A stretch of DNA of 56,244 bases from an uncultured Vicinamibacteraceae bacterium (GTDB lineage: Bacteria > Acidobacteriota > Vicinamibacteria > Vicinamibacterales > Vicinamibacteraceae), in NCBI GenBank assembly GCA_964388335.1, contig CAYMAG010000013.1:22735-78978 (forward strand), given 5' to 3'. Both the position numbers and the translations under genes were made by a program. Of this stretch, positions 1-9,245 are shown one piece after another (the first letter of the stretch is position 1; each line of letters starts with the position of its first letter). The notes under the pieces are model-generated. The model was given only the letters and a program-made list of their open reading frames with translations. It was not told where the DNA came from and did no database searches.

Positions 1-163
1 AGCGTCGTGACCGAGGCGACCACAATGGCGGCCAACGCCAACGTCACAGGATCGCCGGAGGGGCCACGGGGTGTCTTCCTAGGATGTCAAGGAGAGAGGC
101 GTCTGCCGTCCGCCGTCGACCTGGTCAGACCCGAGGGCCGGGCAAGCCCGGCCCTCTACGCCG

Positions 164-1312
164 TCAAGAGGTCGAGGCGGCGCCGGGCCGGCATGGCCGA
201 GCGCCCTGGCGCGGCGTGACGTTGTACTGCACCTCGTCGATCTCCAGCTCGAGGTAGGCGTAATCGCCGCCCGGCTCGTGCCACCGTCCTTCACCCCGCG
301 ACGCCAGACGCACGGCGCCGAACGCGCGATAGCCGCTGAGCGGCGTCGACCAGCGCGTCTTCGTCATCGTTCGTCCGTCGGGCGACGCCTTGAAGCGGTC
401 GTCCGACCAGAAGTCGATCAGCTCGCCTCTGTCGTCGAACACCAGGTCCGCGTGAATCGTGTGACCCGCGTTCGTGAACGTCGCGCGTACGGTGTGTGTA
501 TCGATCTCCTCCCACACGATGGCCGGATCGACCAGCGTTGCCGGCGCCATGATGCACATGTCGTTGAACAGCGTGACGGTCTCGGCCCGCGTCATCTCCT
601 GACCGGAGAGATCGACCACCGGCACGAGGGCCGCGGCCTTCACGCGCATCGATGCGTCACCGTCCGCGTACCGGTGCAGGCCCTGCACGGGCAGCAGGAA
701 CATCGACGCGTTCATGTAGAACAGGCGCGCGGGCTCGCCGAGGACGTTGTGCTGCTCGGACGAGAACGGCATCCACGACGCGTCGGGCCCGCTGCGGATG
801 CGCCCGTGCATCCGCACGCGGAAGTTCCGTACGCGCGGCTGGCCGACGCCGCCGCTCGCGCGCAGATAGCGCTGCACCTGGGCCGGCAGACCGGCCAGGT
901 CGGCATCAGTGATCGCAGGAGCCTCGGCGGCGCGCGCCAACCGCTCGGCGACCTCACGATCGTACGCCGCTCGCAGGCTGCCGGGGCCGTACGCAAGCGC
1001 GCCGAACACAACGCCTGCGAGTACCACCACATTGACCAGCGCCCCGGCCTTCGCGTCGGACCACGACGGCACGATGGCCGCCATCGACACGACGATGGCG
1101 CATGCGCCGATGAGCCACCACCAGCGTGGAGACGTGACCAGCGTGATGGCCGATGCGATGAACAGCGCCGCGGCAACGAGCCACACGACGCCCATGGGCC
1201 GCGAGACGGGCAGCGTCAACTGCGGCAACTCCGCGAGTCTGAACGCCTTCACGAAACCGAGCAGGTGAATGAGGCCGTGTAGCGCCAGCAGGATCGCAAA
1301 CGTCGGGACCAT
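164..1312 (-). CDS. hypothetical membrane protein (N-terminal ~4 TM DoxX-like segment + ~270 aa soluble C-terminal domain)
   Basis: ORF 164..1411 trimmed to the internal ATG at 1312 (MVPTFAILLALHG...), because the upstream codons overlap ADOP1. Hydrophobic N-terminal helices. The stop lies 5 nt after the ADOP1 stop, so the genes are probably co-transcribed. Confidence 0.5.
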   Translation of the reverse strand: MVPTFAILLALHGLIHLLGFVKAFRLAELPQLTLPVSRPMGVVWLVAAALFIASAITLVTSPRWWWLIGACAIVVSMAAIVPSWSDAKAGALVNVVVLAGVVFGALAYGPGSLRAAYDREVAERLARAAEAPAITDADLAGLPAQVQRYLRASGGVGQPRVRNFRVRMHGRIRSGPDASWMPFSSEQHNVLGEPARLFYMNASMFLLPVQGLHRYADGDASMRVKAAALVPVVDLSGQEMTRAETVTLFNDMCIMAPATLVDPAIVWEEIDTHTVRATFTNAGHTIHADLVFDDRGELIDFWSDDRFKASPDGRTMTKTRWSTPLSGYRAFGAVRLASRGEGRWHEPGGDYAYLELEIDEVQYNVTPRQGARPCRPGAASTS

Positions 1313-1316
1313 GACA

Positions 1317-3953
1317 TCACACGTGGCGCAGCGCGACGCTCGGGTCGATCTTCGTGGCGCGCCGTGCAGGGACGAAGCTCGCCGCAGCACCGACGACCAG
1401 CAGCACGGCAATCACCGCCGCCAGGGCGATCGGATCGACAGCGCTGATGCCGGCAATCGTGCCCGCCAGCCCTCGCGCCGCCAGCATCGCCAGAGGCAAG
1501 CCAAGCGCGAGGCCGAGAGCAACGAGCACAACTCCGCGCCGGAGCATCGACATCAACAGCAGCCCGCGCGGTGCGCCGAGCGCGAGGCGTACGCCGATCT
1601 CCGTCGTCCTGGACGCCACCAGATACGACATCACGCCGTAGAGACCCATGCTGGCGAGCAGCAGTCCGAGCGCGCCGATGCCCGCGAGCAGGCGGCTGCC
1701 GGCGCGTCGCAGCTTCACTTCCATGGAGGCTGCCTCGCGCAGCGTCCGCACGACGACGACGGCGTCCGGGCCGGTCTGCGCTCTCGCGATCGACTCGATG
1801 GCCTTCAGTGCCATGGCCGGATCGGCCGCAGTCCGCACGAGCACGCGTACGTCACGCATCTGGCTGGACAGCCGGGGACGCTGGTCGAAGGCGTAGTAGA
1901 GCAGGGGTTGCGGCGTCTCGCCCAACCAGCCGACCTTGCTGTCGGCAACGACGCCGACAATCTCGAGGGGTGCCTCATCGAAGGCGGACACGGACTGTCC
2001 CAGCGCCTCTTCGCCGGGAAACAGCAGGTGCGACAGACGCTCGTTGACGATCGCGACCCTGGCACCGCCCTCGTGATCGCGCGTGTCGAAAGCGCGGCCC
2101 CGGCGCAACGGAATGCCGAGTGACTCGAAGTAGCCGGCACCAACGCTGTTGATGATCGTGCGGACGTATTCGTCAGGTCGGCGTGTGGCAACGACGCGCG
2201 TGGCACTGGTCTCGCCTCCCAGTGGCACGATGGCTGCCGGTGCTGCCGGTCCGAGACCGTTGCCCGCGCCCAGCGCCTCGGCCAGGCCGCGTGCCTGCTG
2301 AAGGCCACCGTCGGCTGCGAATGCCGCGGCGTCCTGATGGACGTTGACGACGACCGCGCGATCCACGTCGAAGCCGACCTCCATCTGCTGCAGGCGCGTC
2401 ACGCTTCGCAACAACATCAGTGAGAGCGCGAGCAGGACGACAGCGCCGGCGACCTGGCCGACGACGAACAGAGAGCGCAGCCTCAGTCGCTGGCTGATGG
2501 ATCGGCCACCCTCCTGAAGGTCCGTGGATGCGCGAACGTGCTGCGCGGCGCGAATGGCGGGCACGACACCAACCAGCAGCCCCGACAGCGCGACAAGCAG
2601 CACTGCGAACGCCATCAGCTTCAGGTCGGGCTGCACGGCGAGGTGCAGCGTCCCGATGTCGGCGATCGTGACATGGCGCAACAGCGGCATCGCTGCGACC
2701 GCAAGGCCCACGCCAACGGCCGTGCCGATGAACGCTACCACCAGACTCTCGGCGAGCAGCATCTGCGCGATGCGCGTCCGCTGCGCGCCGAGCGCCGTGC
2801 GAAGGGCGAGTTCGCGATGTCGAGCCGCAATCCGCGCGAGCGTGAGACCGGTGACGTTCGCGCACGCGATGAGGAGCACGAGCCCGAAGAGCATCACGAG
2901 TGCGATGCCAAGCACTGCCACCTCCGCTGGCGCGTCTGGCATCGCGTCCAGCGCCCGCACGCGCGCTGGACGGCTGGTGCCTTCGTTTTCCTCGGGGAAT
3001 CTCCGTTCGAGTTCCGCGCCGAGCGCTGTCGTCGCGGAGGCGGCCTGCGCCTGCGTCGTGTGCGGACGCAACCGCGCGAGCACCGTGAGCCCGTTGCCGT
3101 TCTGCCGGCGATCGAGGTTCGGCAGCACGACGGAACTGATGGGCACGTAGATCTCAGGAGCCTCCAGCCGCGTGAGCGGTCGAAACCCGGCGGGGAGCAC
3201 GCCGACGATGTCGAACGCGTGACCGTTCACGGCCACGCTGCGTCCCACGACGTGTGGGTCGGCGTTGAAGCGCCGCTGCCAGCTGTCGTGTGATATCACG
3301 GCGAGCCGCGGCTGACGCTCGGCTTGCGCTTCGGACGCCCCGAACGTACGCCCCATGTGGGCAGTGACGCCGAGGTCGTCGAAGAACGCGGCCGTGACGG
3401 CGATCCCGTCGACACGCTCGGCGGCCGTGTCGACACGCACGCTCAGCGCCGCGCGGCGGTAGCCGACGGCGGCTTCGAAGATGCCGCTCTCGCGCAAGTC
3501 GCGGAAGTTCTCGTGCGAGAACTGGTCGCTGTTGCCAGGCTCCACCCACACCATGCGGTCGGCGTGCACCACCGACGGCGTGTGGAACAGCGCAGCGCTG
3601 ACCGCGCTGAAGAGCACGGCGTTGACGCCTGTGCCGAGGCCGATGGACAGCGCCGCCGTGCACACGAACAGCGGATGACGGGCAAGGCCGCGGCACGCAT
3701 ACCCGATGTCGCGTACGGCATGTTCGAGGGCGAGCGGCCGGCGCGTCTCGCGCGTCTCTTCGCGGTAGCGGTCCATGCCGCCGAACTCGAGGCGCGCCTG
3801 GCGATGCGCCTCGCCGGCCGGCAGGCCGGTGCGGACGAGGTCGTCGGCGCGATGCGCGATGTGTGCTGCGAGTTCGTCGTTCATGTCGGCGTCAGCACGG
3901 TGTCGCCGGAACGTGTCGAGGAGTCCACGCCAGATCCAGGTGAGCCGTCGCAT
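1317..3953 (-). CDS. ADOP-family permease (MacB-like periplasmic core domain + FtsX, no ATPase partner)
   Basis: 878 aa. N-terminal cytoplasmic extension, then the TM1 motif RDIGYACRGLARHPLFVCTAALSIGLGTGVNAVLFS, a large periplasmic domain and C-terminal FtsX helices. Typical TIGR03434-like architecture. Confidence 0.85.
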   Translation of the reverse strand: MRRLTWIWRGLLDTFRRHRADADMNDELAAHIAHRADDLVRTGLPAGEAHRQARLEFGGMDRYREETRETRRPLALEHAVRDIGYACRGLARHPLFVCTAALSIGLGTGVNAVLFSAVSAALFHTPSVVHADRMVWVEPGNSDQFSHENFRDLRESGIFEAAVGYRRAALSVRVDTAAERVDGIAVTAAFFDDLGVTAHMGRTFGASEAQAERQPRLAVISHDSWQRRFNADPHVVGRSVAVNGHAFDIVGVLPAGFRPLTRLEAPEIYVPISSVVLPNLDRRQNGNGLTVLARLRPHTTQAQAASATTALGAELERRFPEENEGTSRPARVRALDAMPDAPAEVAVLGIALVMLFGLVLLIACANVTGLTLARIAARHRELALRTALGAQRTRIAQMLLAESLVVAFIGTAVGVGLAVAAMPLLRHVTIADIGTLHLAVQPDLKLMAFAVLLVALSGLLVGVVPAIRAAQHVRASTDLQEGGRSISQRLRLRSLFVVGQVAGAVVLLALSLMLLRSVTRLQQMEVGFDVDRAVVVNVHQDAAAFAADGGLQQARGLAEALGAGNGLGPAAPAAIVPLGGETSATRVVATRRPDEYVRTIINSVGAGYFESLGIPLRRGRAFDTRDHEGGARVAIVNERLSHLLFPGEEALGQSVSAFDEAPLEIVGVVADSKVGWLGETPQPLLYYAFDQRPRLSSQMRDVRVLVRTAADPAMALKAIESIARAQTGPDAVVVVRTLREAASMEVKLRRAGSRLLAGIGALGLLLASMGLYGVMSYLVASRTTEIGVRLALGAPRGLLLMSMLRRGVVLVALGLALGLPLAMLAARGLAGTIAGISAVDPIALAAVIAVLLVVGAAASFVPARRATKIDPSVALRHV

Positions 3954-3954
3954 G

Positions 3955-4302
3955 TCAGAGTTCCTCCGCGCGCGTGCGCAGCGCGGCCGCCATCGCCGCT
4001 GCCAGGCGGTCCCACTGGCGTATGTCCTGATCGAGACGCTTGCGGCCCGCGGCCGTCAGGCGATAGAAGCGCGCCCGGCGGTTGTTGTCTGAGACGCCCC
4101 ACCTGCCTGCCAGCAGGCCCTGCCGCTCGAGCCTGGCGAGCGCGGGGTAGAGCGCGCCCTGCTCGATGGCGAGGACGTCCTGCGACATCTGCTGGATGCG
4201 CAGCAGCACGCCATAACCGTGGAGGGGGCCGAGCGACACGGCCTTGAGGATGAGCAGGTCGAGGGTGCCCGGCAGAACGGACGCGGAGCGATCGGTGGGC
4301 AT
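3955..4302 (-). CDS. PadR-family transcriptional regulator (Acidobacterial PadR type)
   Basis: MPTDRSASVLPGTLDLLILKAVSLGPLHGYGV...NNRRARFYRLTAAGRKRL. The wHTH signature is shared with the other two PadR copies. ATG at 4302 is preferred over GTG at 4311 by N-terminal alignment with the paralogs and the AGGTG RBS. The stop is 1 nt from the ADOP1 start, so the genes are coupled. Confidence 0.85.
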   Translation of the reverse strand: MPTDRSASVLPGTLDLLILKAVSLGPLHGYGVLLRIQQMSQDVLAIEQGALYPALARLERQGLLAGRWGVSDNNRRARFYRLTAAGRKRLDQDIRQWDRLAAAMAAALRTRAEEL

Positions 4303-4377
4303 GTCGTACACCTAAACCAATTAGGAGGTACGATACACAGGCTCACCTAAGCCGTCAAGGAGAGCCTGTTGGCCGCG

Positions 4378-7002
4378 TCACTCCCCTCGAAGCACGGTGA
4401 CTGGCGCCACGCGCGCCGCCCGGCGCGCAGGCACGACGAGCGCCACGGTGGCGGCGGCGACGAGTGCCAGCGTCGCGATCAGGTATGTCAGCGGGTCGGC
4501 CGGCGCGACGCCGAAGAGCAATGCCGACACCACGTGCCGCAGACCCAGCGTCGTCAGCAGGCCGAGCACGAGCCCGGCTGCGACGAGTGCCATGCCCTGC
4601 AGGAGCACACTGCGGAATATCCGCGCCGGCGCCGCGCCGAGCGCCAGGCGCACGCCGATGTCGCGCGTACGCTGGCCGACGACATAGGCGAGGACGCCGT
4701 ACAGGCCGAACGCGGCCAGCATCACGGCGATGATCGCGAACGAGGTCACGAGGACGGCATGCAGCCGCGGCCGCGCCAGGACCTTCGCGACATCGGCATC
4801 CAGCGTCCGCACGCCCGACACGGCCTGCGTCGCATCCACCTCGTGAATGGCTCGGACGATCGCGGCCGCATGCGACAGCGGATCGCCATCGGTCCGCACC
4901 ACGAGGTTGGTGATGTAGCCCGGCGTCTGCGCGTGGAGCAGGAAGACCGTGGGCGCTGGGTCGAACGTCAGGCCGTTGTGGCGGACGTCGTCGACGACGC
5001 CGACCACCTCGGCGGCCTCCTGGTTGCTCGACTGCACGAGCATGCGCCGGCCCAGCGCGCTGCCGTCGGGAAAGTATCGCGCGGCGAACGTGCGGTTCAC
5101 CACGAGCACGCGGGGGCTCGCGACGGTGTCGCGCCGCTCGAACGGCCGCCCTTCGCGGACGGCAATGCCCATCGCGTCGAAGTAGCCGCGGCCGACGAGC
5201 GCGCACTCGGTGGACAGCGTGCGCGACGGGTCGCGTTCGCCCGCGTGCTCCTCCATCCAGAAGCCCGTGCCGCACGTCATGCCGCTCAGCGGCAGGAACT
5301 GGATGGTTCCTGCCGCGTTGACGCCCTGCAGGCCTTCGACGCGATCGAGAATCTCGTCGAGCAACGTCACACGCGTCTCTGGTGGCCGCAGGCCGAGAAA
5401 GAGTCCCATCGTGACGGCGCCGGTCGGCCGGAAGCCGAGATCCACGTGCGACAGGCTGGAGAGCGTCCGAAGCAGCAGGCCCGCACCCACCGTGAGAACC
5501 ACCGCGAGCGCCACCTGTACCACGACGAGAGCGCCGCTCACACGCTGCTGACGGCGGTCGGACGTCGCACCGCGTGCGCGCAGCGCGCCCTGCGGCTCGA
5601 CGTGGCTCACCTGCCGAGCCGGCGCGAGCCCGAGCGCCATCGTGGTGACGACGGACACGCCGAGGGTGAAGAGGAGACATGCGGCGTCGAGTCGTACGGG
5701 CACCGGCGAGCCGGCTGTCAAGGTGCCCGCGCTGAGCGTGACGAGGGTCTGCGTCGCCCACGCAGCCAGCACGAGCCCCACCACCGCGCCGCACAACGAC
5801 AGCACGAAGCCTTCGATGAGCAGTTGTCGGACGACACGCCCGCGACTGGCGCCGAGCGCCATACGTACCGCAAACTCGCCGCGGCGACCGATGCCCCGCA
5901 CCATGAGCAGGCCTGCGAGATTCACGCAGGCGATGGCCAGGACCATGGCCACGACACCGGCGAGCAGCCGCAGACCTGGCCGTGCGTCCTGTACCAGGTG
6001 TTCGTGCAGGCTCGACACCGACACGCGTGTCACGTTGCCGCTGCGCGTCTGTGCGATCGCCTCGGCCACGACGGTCATCTCGGCACGCGCAGCAGCGAGG
6101 CCAATGACGTCGGCCAGGCGACCATAGGCATGAAACGCGCGCGAGCCGGTGGCGGCGGGGTTGGCGGGATCGATCACGAGCGGCGTGAACGCGTCCGGTT
6201 CGATCGATCCGATCCGGAAACCCGCGGGTGCGACGCCGACGATCGTGAGTGCCCCGTCCTGGACGGGGAGCTGCCGGCCGACGACGTCCGAATCGCCGCC
6301 GAACCACCGGCGCCAGAAGCCATGCCCGAGGATGACCACGTCGCCGCCGTTCGGCCGCGTCTCCTCGTCGGTGAAGCCACGCCCCAGCACCGGACGCACG
6401 CCAAAGACGTCGAACAACTCGGCGGTCGTGGACATCCGGACGATCTGCTCCGCGCCCGAACTCGTCATGACGTTGAGCGGCGGCGTCTGCACGAGCGCGA
6501 GCGCGTCGAACGCCCGCGTCCGCACACGCCATTCCATGAAGCTGACGGGGTGCACGCTCAGCAACGCGGGATCGTCGGCCGCCTGCTCATGCAGGATGGC
6601 GATGCGATCGGCGCCGGGATACGGCAGAGGCTCGAGCAGGACGGCGTTCACGAAGGAGAAGATCGTCGTGTTGGCGCCGATGCCAATCGCAAGCGACAGC
6701 ACGGCCACGGCGGTGAAGCCGGGTGCACGCCCGAGCGCGCGCAACGCGTAGCGCACATCGCGGTAGACACTGTCGAGCAGCGCGAGGCCGCGTGCGTCAC
6801 GGCACTCCGCCTTCTGCTGCTCCAGGGGGCCCATCTCCCGCATCGCCGCATGACGGGCCTCAGCGGGTGACAGACCCGTCGCCGCGTAGTGCTCGACGAG
6901 TCGCTCCAGATGCTCGCGCAACTCGGCATCGAGTTCGAGGTCGACCTCACGGCGGCGCAGCAGGGAACGCAGGCGGAGTTGCAGTTTCGTCAACGGGCGC
7001 AA
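4378..7002 (-). CDS. ADOP-family permease (orphan, no cognate padR)
   Basis: 874 aa with motif RDVRYALRALGRAPGFTAVAVLSLAIGIGANTTIFS. TTG start at 7002 preceded by a GGAGAGG RBS. No in-frame ATG or GTG lies upstream before a stop. Confidence 0.8.
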   Translation of the reverse strand: MRPLTKLQLRLRSLLRRREVDLELDAELREHLERLVEHYAATGLSPAEARHAAMREMGPLEQQKAECRDARGLALLDSVYRDVRYALRALGRAPGFTAVAVLSLAIGIGANTTIFSFVNAVLLEPLPYPGADRIAILHEQAADDPALLSVHPVSFMEWRVRTRAFDALALVQTPPLNVMTSSGAEQIVRMSTTAELFDVFGVRPVLGRGFTDEETRPNGGDVVILGHGFWRRWFGGDSDVVGRQLPVQDGALTIVGVAPAGFRIGSIEPDAFTPLVIDPANPAATGSRAFHAYGRLADVIGLAAARAEMTVVAEAIAQTRSGNVTRVSVSSLHEHLVQDARPGLRLLAGVVAMVLAIACVNLAGLLMVRGIGRRGEFAVRMALGASRGRVVRQLLIEGFVLSLCGAVVGLVLAAWATQTLVTLSAGTLTAGSPVPVRLDAACLLFTLGVSVVTTMALGLAPARQVSHVEPQGALRARGATSDRRQQRVSGALVVVQVALAVVLTVGAGLLLRTLSSLSHVDLGFRPTGAVTMGLFLGLRPPETRVTLLDEILDRVEGLQGVNAAGTIQFLPLSGMTCGTGFWMEEHAGERDPSRTLSTECALVGRGYFDAMGIAVREGRPFERRDTVASPRVLVVNRTFAARYFPDGSALGRRMLVQSSNQEAAEVVGVVDDVRHNGLTFDPAPTVFLLHAQTPGYITNLVVRTDGDPLSHAAAIVRAIHEVDATQAVSGVRTLDADVAKVLARPRLHAVLVTSFAIIAVMLAAFGLYGVLAYVVGQRTRDIGVRLALGAAPARIFRSVLLQGMALVAAGLVLGLLTTLGLRHVVSALLFGVAPADPLTYLIATLALVAAATVALVVPARRAARVAPVTVLRGE

Positions 7003-7038
7003 TGGACACCTCTCCGGTACCTCTCAGTTACCGACATG

Positions 7039-7068
7039 AGAATAGCGCGTTCCTTTGTCGGTTATCAA
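7039..7068 (-). promoter_or_regulatory. putative promoter of ADOP2, homologous to the padR3 promoter (-35 TTGATA, -10 TATTCT)
   Basis: The coding-strand sequence CCCCTTGATAACCGACAAAGG...GCTATTCTCATGTCGGTAACTGAGAGG aligns base-for-base with the padR3 upstream region at 9361-9412. Confidence 0.45.
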
Positions 7069-7150
7069 GGGGAGCCGAGAGCGGTCAGAAGGCCGACGAG
7101 ACCTGCGGGCGGCTTCGGGCCCGTCTCGAGCGGGCCGGCCGGCCAACAGG

Positions 7151-7258
7151 TGGCACGACCTCCTCATTGCGGCGCAGGCCGTAGAACTGGGATGCGTCTT
7201 CGTCACCGACAACGACCGCGAGTTCTCCCGGATTGAAGAGCTTCGATGTGAGAACTGG
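7151..7258 (+). pseudogene. PIN-domain (VapC) toxin 3' fragment
   Basis: The translation WHDLLIAAQAVELGCVFVTDNDREFSRIEELRCENW matches the PIN C-terminal consensus (D.LIAAtA...L.T.N.rdF.ri). No N-terminal PIN part and no vapB are present. Confidence 0.45.
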
Positions 7259-7378
7259 CTGCGCCACACCCGGCCCGGGGACAAGGGTGACGAGGCACCC
7301 ACGGTACCAGGCGCCTCCATGGACGACGACCTCTGACCGACACCGCCGGCCAACCGCAGACACTTGATTTGTCGATCG

Positions 7379-7400
7379 TAGTCGAATAATTATTCGACTA
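7379..7400. promoter_or_regulatory. 22-bp perfect AT-rich palindrome TAGTCGAATAATTATTCGACTA abutting the ATG of the DUF4143 ATPase gene
   Basis: Exact reverse-complement symmetry, read directly. Strikingly AT-rich for this genome. Confidence 0.6.
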
Positions 7401-8644
7401 TGGCTTCGGCAGAGTACCGGCTCAGCTTTCGAGAGGTCCAGGCCCTCCTCGCGAAGCGTCTCGCCGAGCCCGCGCCTGGCCGCATCCAGTTGGTCGCCGG
7501 ACCACGCCAGGTCGGCAAGACCACCGTGCTGCTCGACGTCGCCGCACAGCACGGACACGCTGCGCTCTATGCCGCCGCAGATGGACCTGAAGCCGCCGTT
7601 CCAGGCTTCTGGGAGCGGCTCTGGGCACGTGCGGAGGAGATCGCCGCCCGCGAGGGACGCGCCGTGGTCCTCCTCGACGAAGCGCATCTCTTCCCGGATT
7701 GGGCCGCGCGCCTGAAGGGCGAGTGGGATCGCCTGCGGCGACGCAAGGCCGCCGTGCACATCGTTGCCAGCGGCTCGTCGGCGCTTCAACTCGCGACGGG
7801 ATCGCGCGAGAGTCTCGCCGGCCGCTTCGAGCGCATCACGCTCACCCACTGGTCGGCCTCGTCGGTGGCAGACGTTTTCGGCATCCCGTCCTCGGAGGCC
7901 GCAGATCTGGTGGTGACACGCGGCTCGTACCCAGGCGCGTTCGGGCTGCGCGACGACGTAGCGCGCTGGTTCGCGTACGTACGCGACGCCATTCTGGAGC
8001 CGGCGATCGGGCGCGACATCCTTGCGCTCGCGCCCGTGCGTAAGCCTGCACTTCTGCGTCAGGTCTTCGGCCTCTGCGCCTCGTCCCCTGCGCAGATCGT
8101 CTCACTGCAGAAGATGCAGGGCCAGCTTCAGGACGCCGGTGCGCTCGCGACCATTGCGCACTACCTCACACTGCTCGAGGACGCGTTTCTCGTGGCACCA
8201 CTCCGTAAGCACGCGGTGCGTCCCGCTCGCCAGCGCGCCGCGCCGCCGAAGCTCGTCACGCTCAACAACGCGCTGGTCGCCGTGACCGACCCCCGCGGCG
8301 TCCCGGACCGCACGTCCGATCCGCAGCGCTTCGGCGCCTGGGTTGAGAACGCATGTCTGGCGTACGCCTGGAACGCCGGCCAACAGGTGAGCTACTGGCG
8401 CGAGGAGCCGCTCGAGGTCGATGGCGTCCTGGACGGAAGCTGGGGCGCGTGGGCGGTCGAGGTCAAGACCGGTGCCGTGTCCACGTCGGACCTCAAGGGC
8501 CTGGGCGAGTTCACGCGCCGTCACCCGCGCTTCCGTCCGCTCGTCCTCTGTGATCCGGAAGCACGTGCAGCCGTCGAGCGCGCCGGCCTCCCTGCGATGC
8601 CGTGGCGTGAATTCCTGCTCCGAGGCCCGGACGCCCGATCGTGA
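7400..8644 (+). CDS. AAA+ ATPase with C-terminal DUF4143-like domain
   Basis: Walker A GPRQVGKTT and Walker B VVLLDEAH. The overall length and C-terminal region are typical of the AAA_14/DUF4143 ATPase family. Confidence 0.75.
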   Translation: MASAEYRLSFREVQALLAKRLAEPAPGRIQLVAGPRQVGKTTVLLDVAAQHGHAALYAAADGPEAAVPGFWERLWARAEEIAAREGRAVVLLDEAHLFPDWAARLKGEWDRLRRRKAAVHIVASGSSALQLATGSRESLAGRFERITLTHWSASSVADVFGIPSSEAADLVVTRGSYPGAFGLRDDVARWFAYVRDAILEPAIGRDILALAPVRKPALLRQVFGLCASSPAQIVSLQKMQGQLQDAGALATIAHYLTLLEDAFLVAPLRKHAVRPARQRAAPPKLVTLNNALVAVTDPRGVPDRTSDPQRFGAWVENACLAYAWNAGQQVSYWREEPLEVDGVLDGSWGAWAVEVKTGAVSTSDLKGLGEFTRRHPRFRPLVLCDPEARAAVERAGLPAMPWREFLLRGPDARS

Positions 8645-9245
8645 GCCGCGCTGGACGGCAATCGCGAGCCAGGCCGGCACATCCCAGGGCCGCTCACCAA
8701 TGGCGCCAGGACGCAGGAGGCGTGGCCGGCACGACTGTGCAGCGGGACAGCGTCGATCCGGCACTGGTTCGGGTCGGCTCCGGGGACAGAATCGGCAGTG
8801 CCATGTCCATCCTCCGCGCGTTGGCCGACGCCCCGTATGCCGAGGAGTTGGCGCGCGCGCGTGCGACGCGTCCCGAGGACGAACTGCTCGAGGGGCCGCG
8901 TCTGTTCGATCGCGCGTGCCGCGTGATGGCCGACGGCATCCGCCATGAGCATCCCGATCTCGATGCCGCGGGTGTGCAGGCGCTGCTCGTGAAGCGGCTC
9001 GCGCTCCTCGAGGCACTCGACCGTCCATGAGAGCGGACGAAGCCGTCGTCGCCGTCCTGGCTGCGCTGGACGAAGCCGGCGTGCCCTATGGTCGGCGGGT
9101 CCCTGGCGTCGAACTTCCGCGGCACCGTGCCTCACGGCTCGCAATGACGGCACGCAATCGCCCGGTCCGCACACGAACGTCGTGCTCGGAGCCGTGGCCA
9201 CGCCCCGAACCCCCGACACATCCACCATCAAGCTTTTGGTGCCAG

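Noticed and set aside
1-110. possible minus-strand gene start running off the left edge (…VTLALAAIVVASVTT…)
   Set aside because: Only ~16 hydrophobic codons are visible and the start codon is not identifiable. Too little sequence to support a call.
4355-6870. 725-aa (-) and 833-aa (+) ORFs overlapping ADOP2
   Set aside because: They are alternative frames of the ADOP2 locus with low-complexity Arg-rich translations. The ADOP frame has the conserved family motifs.
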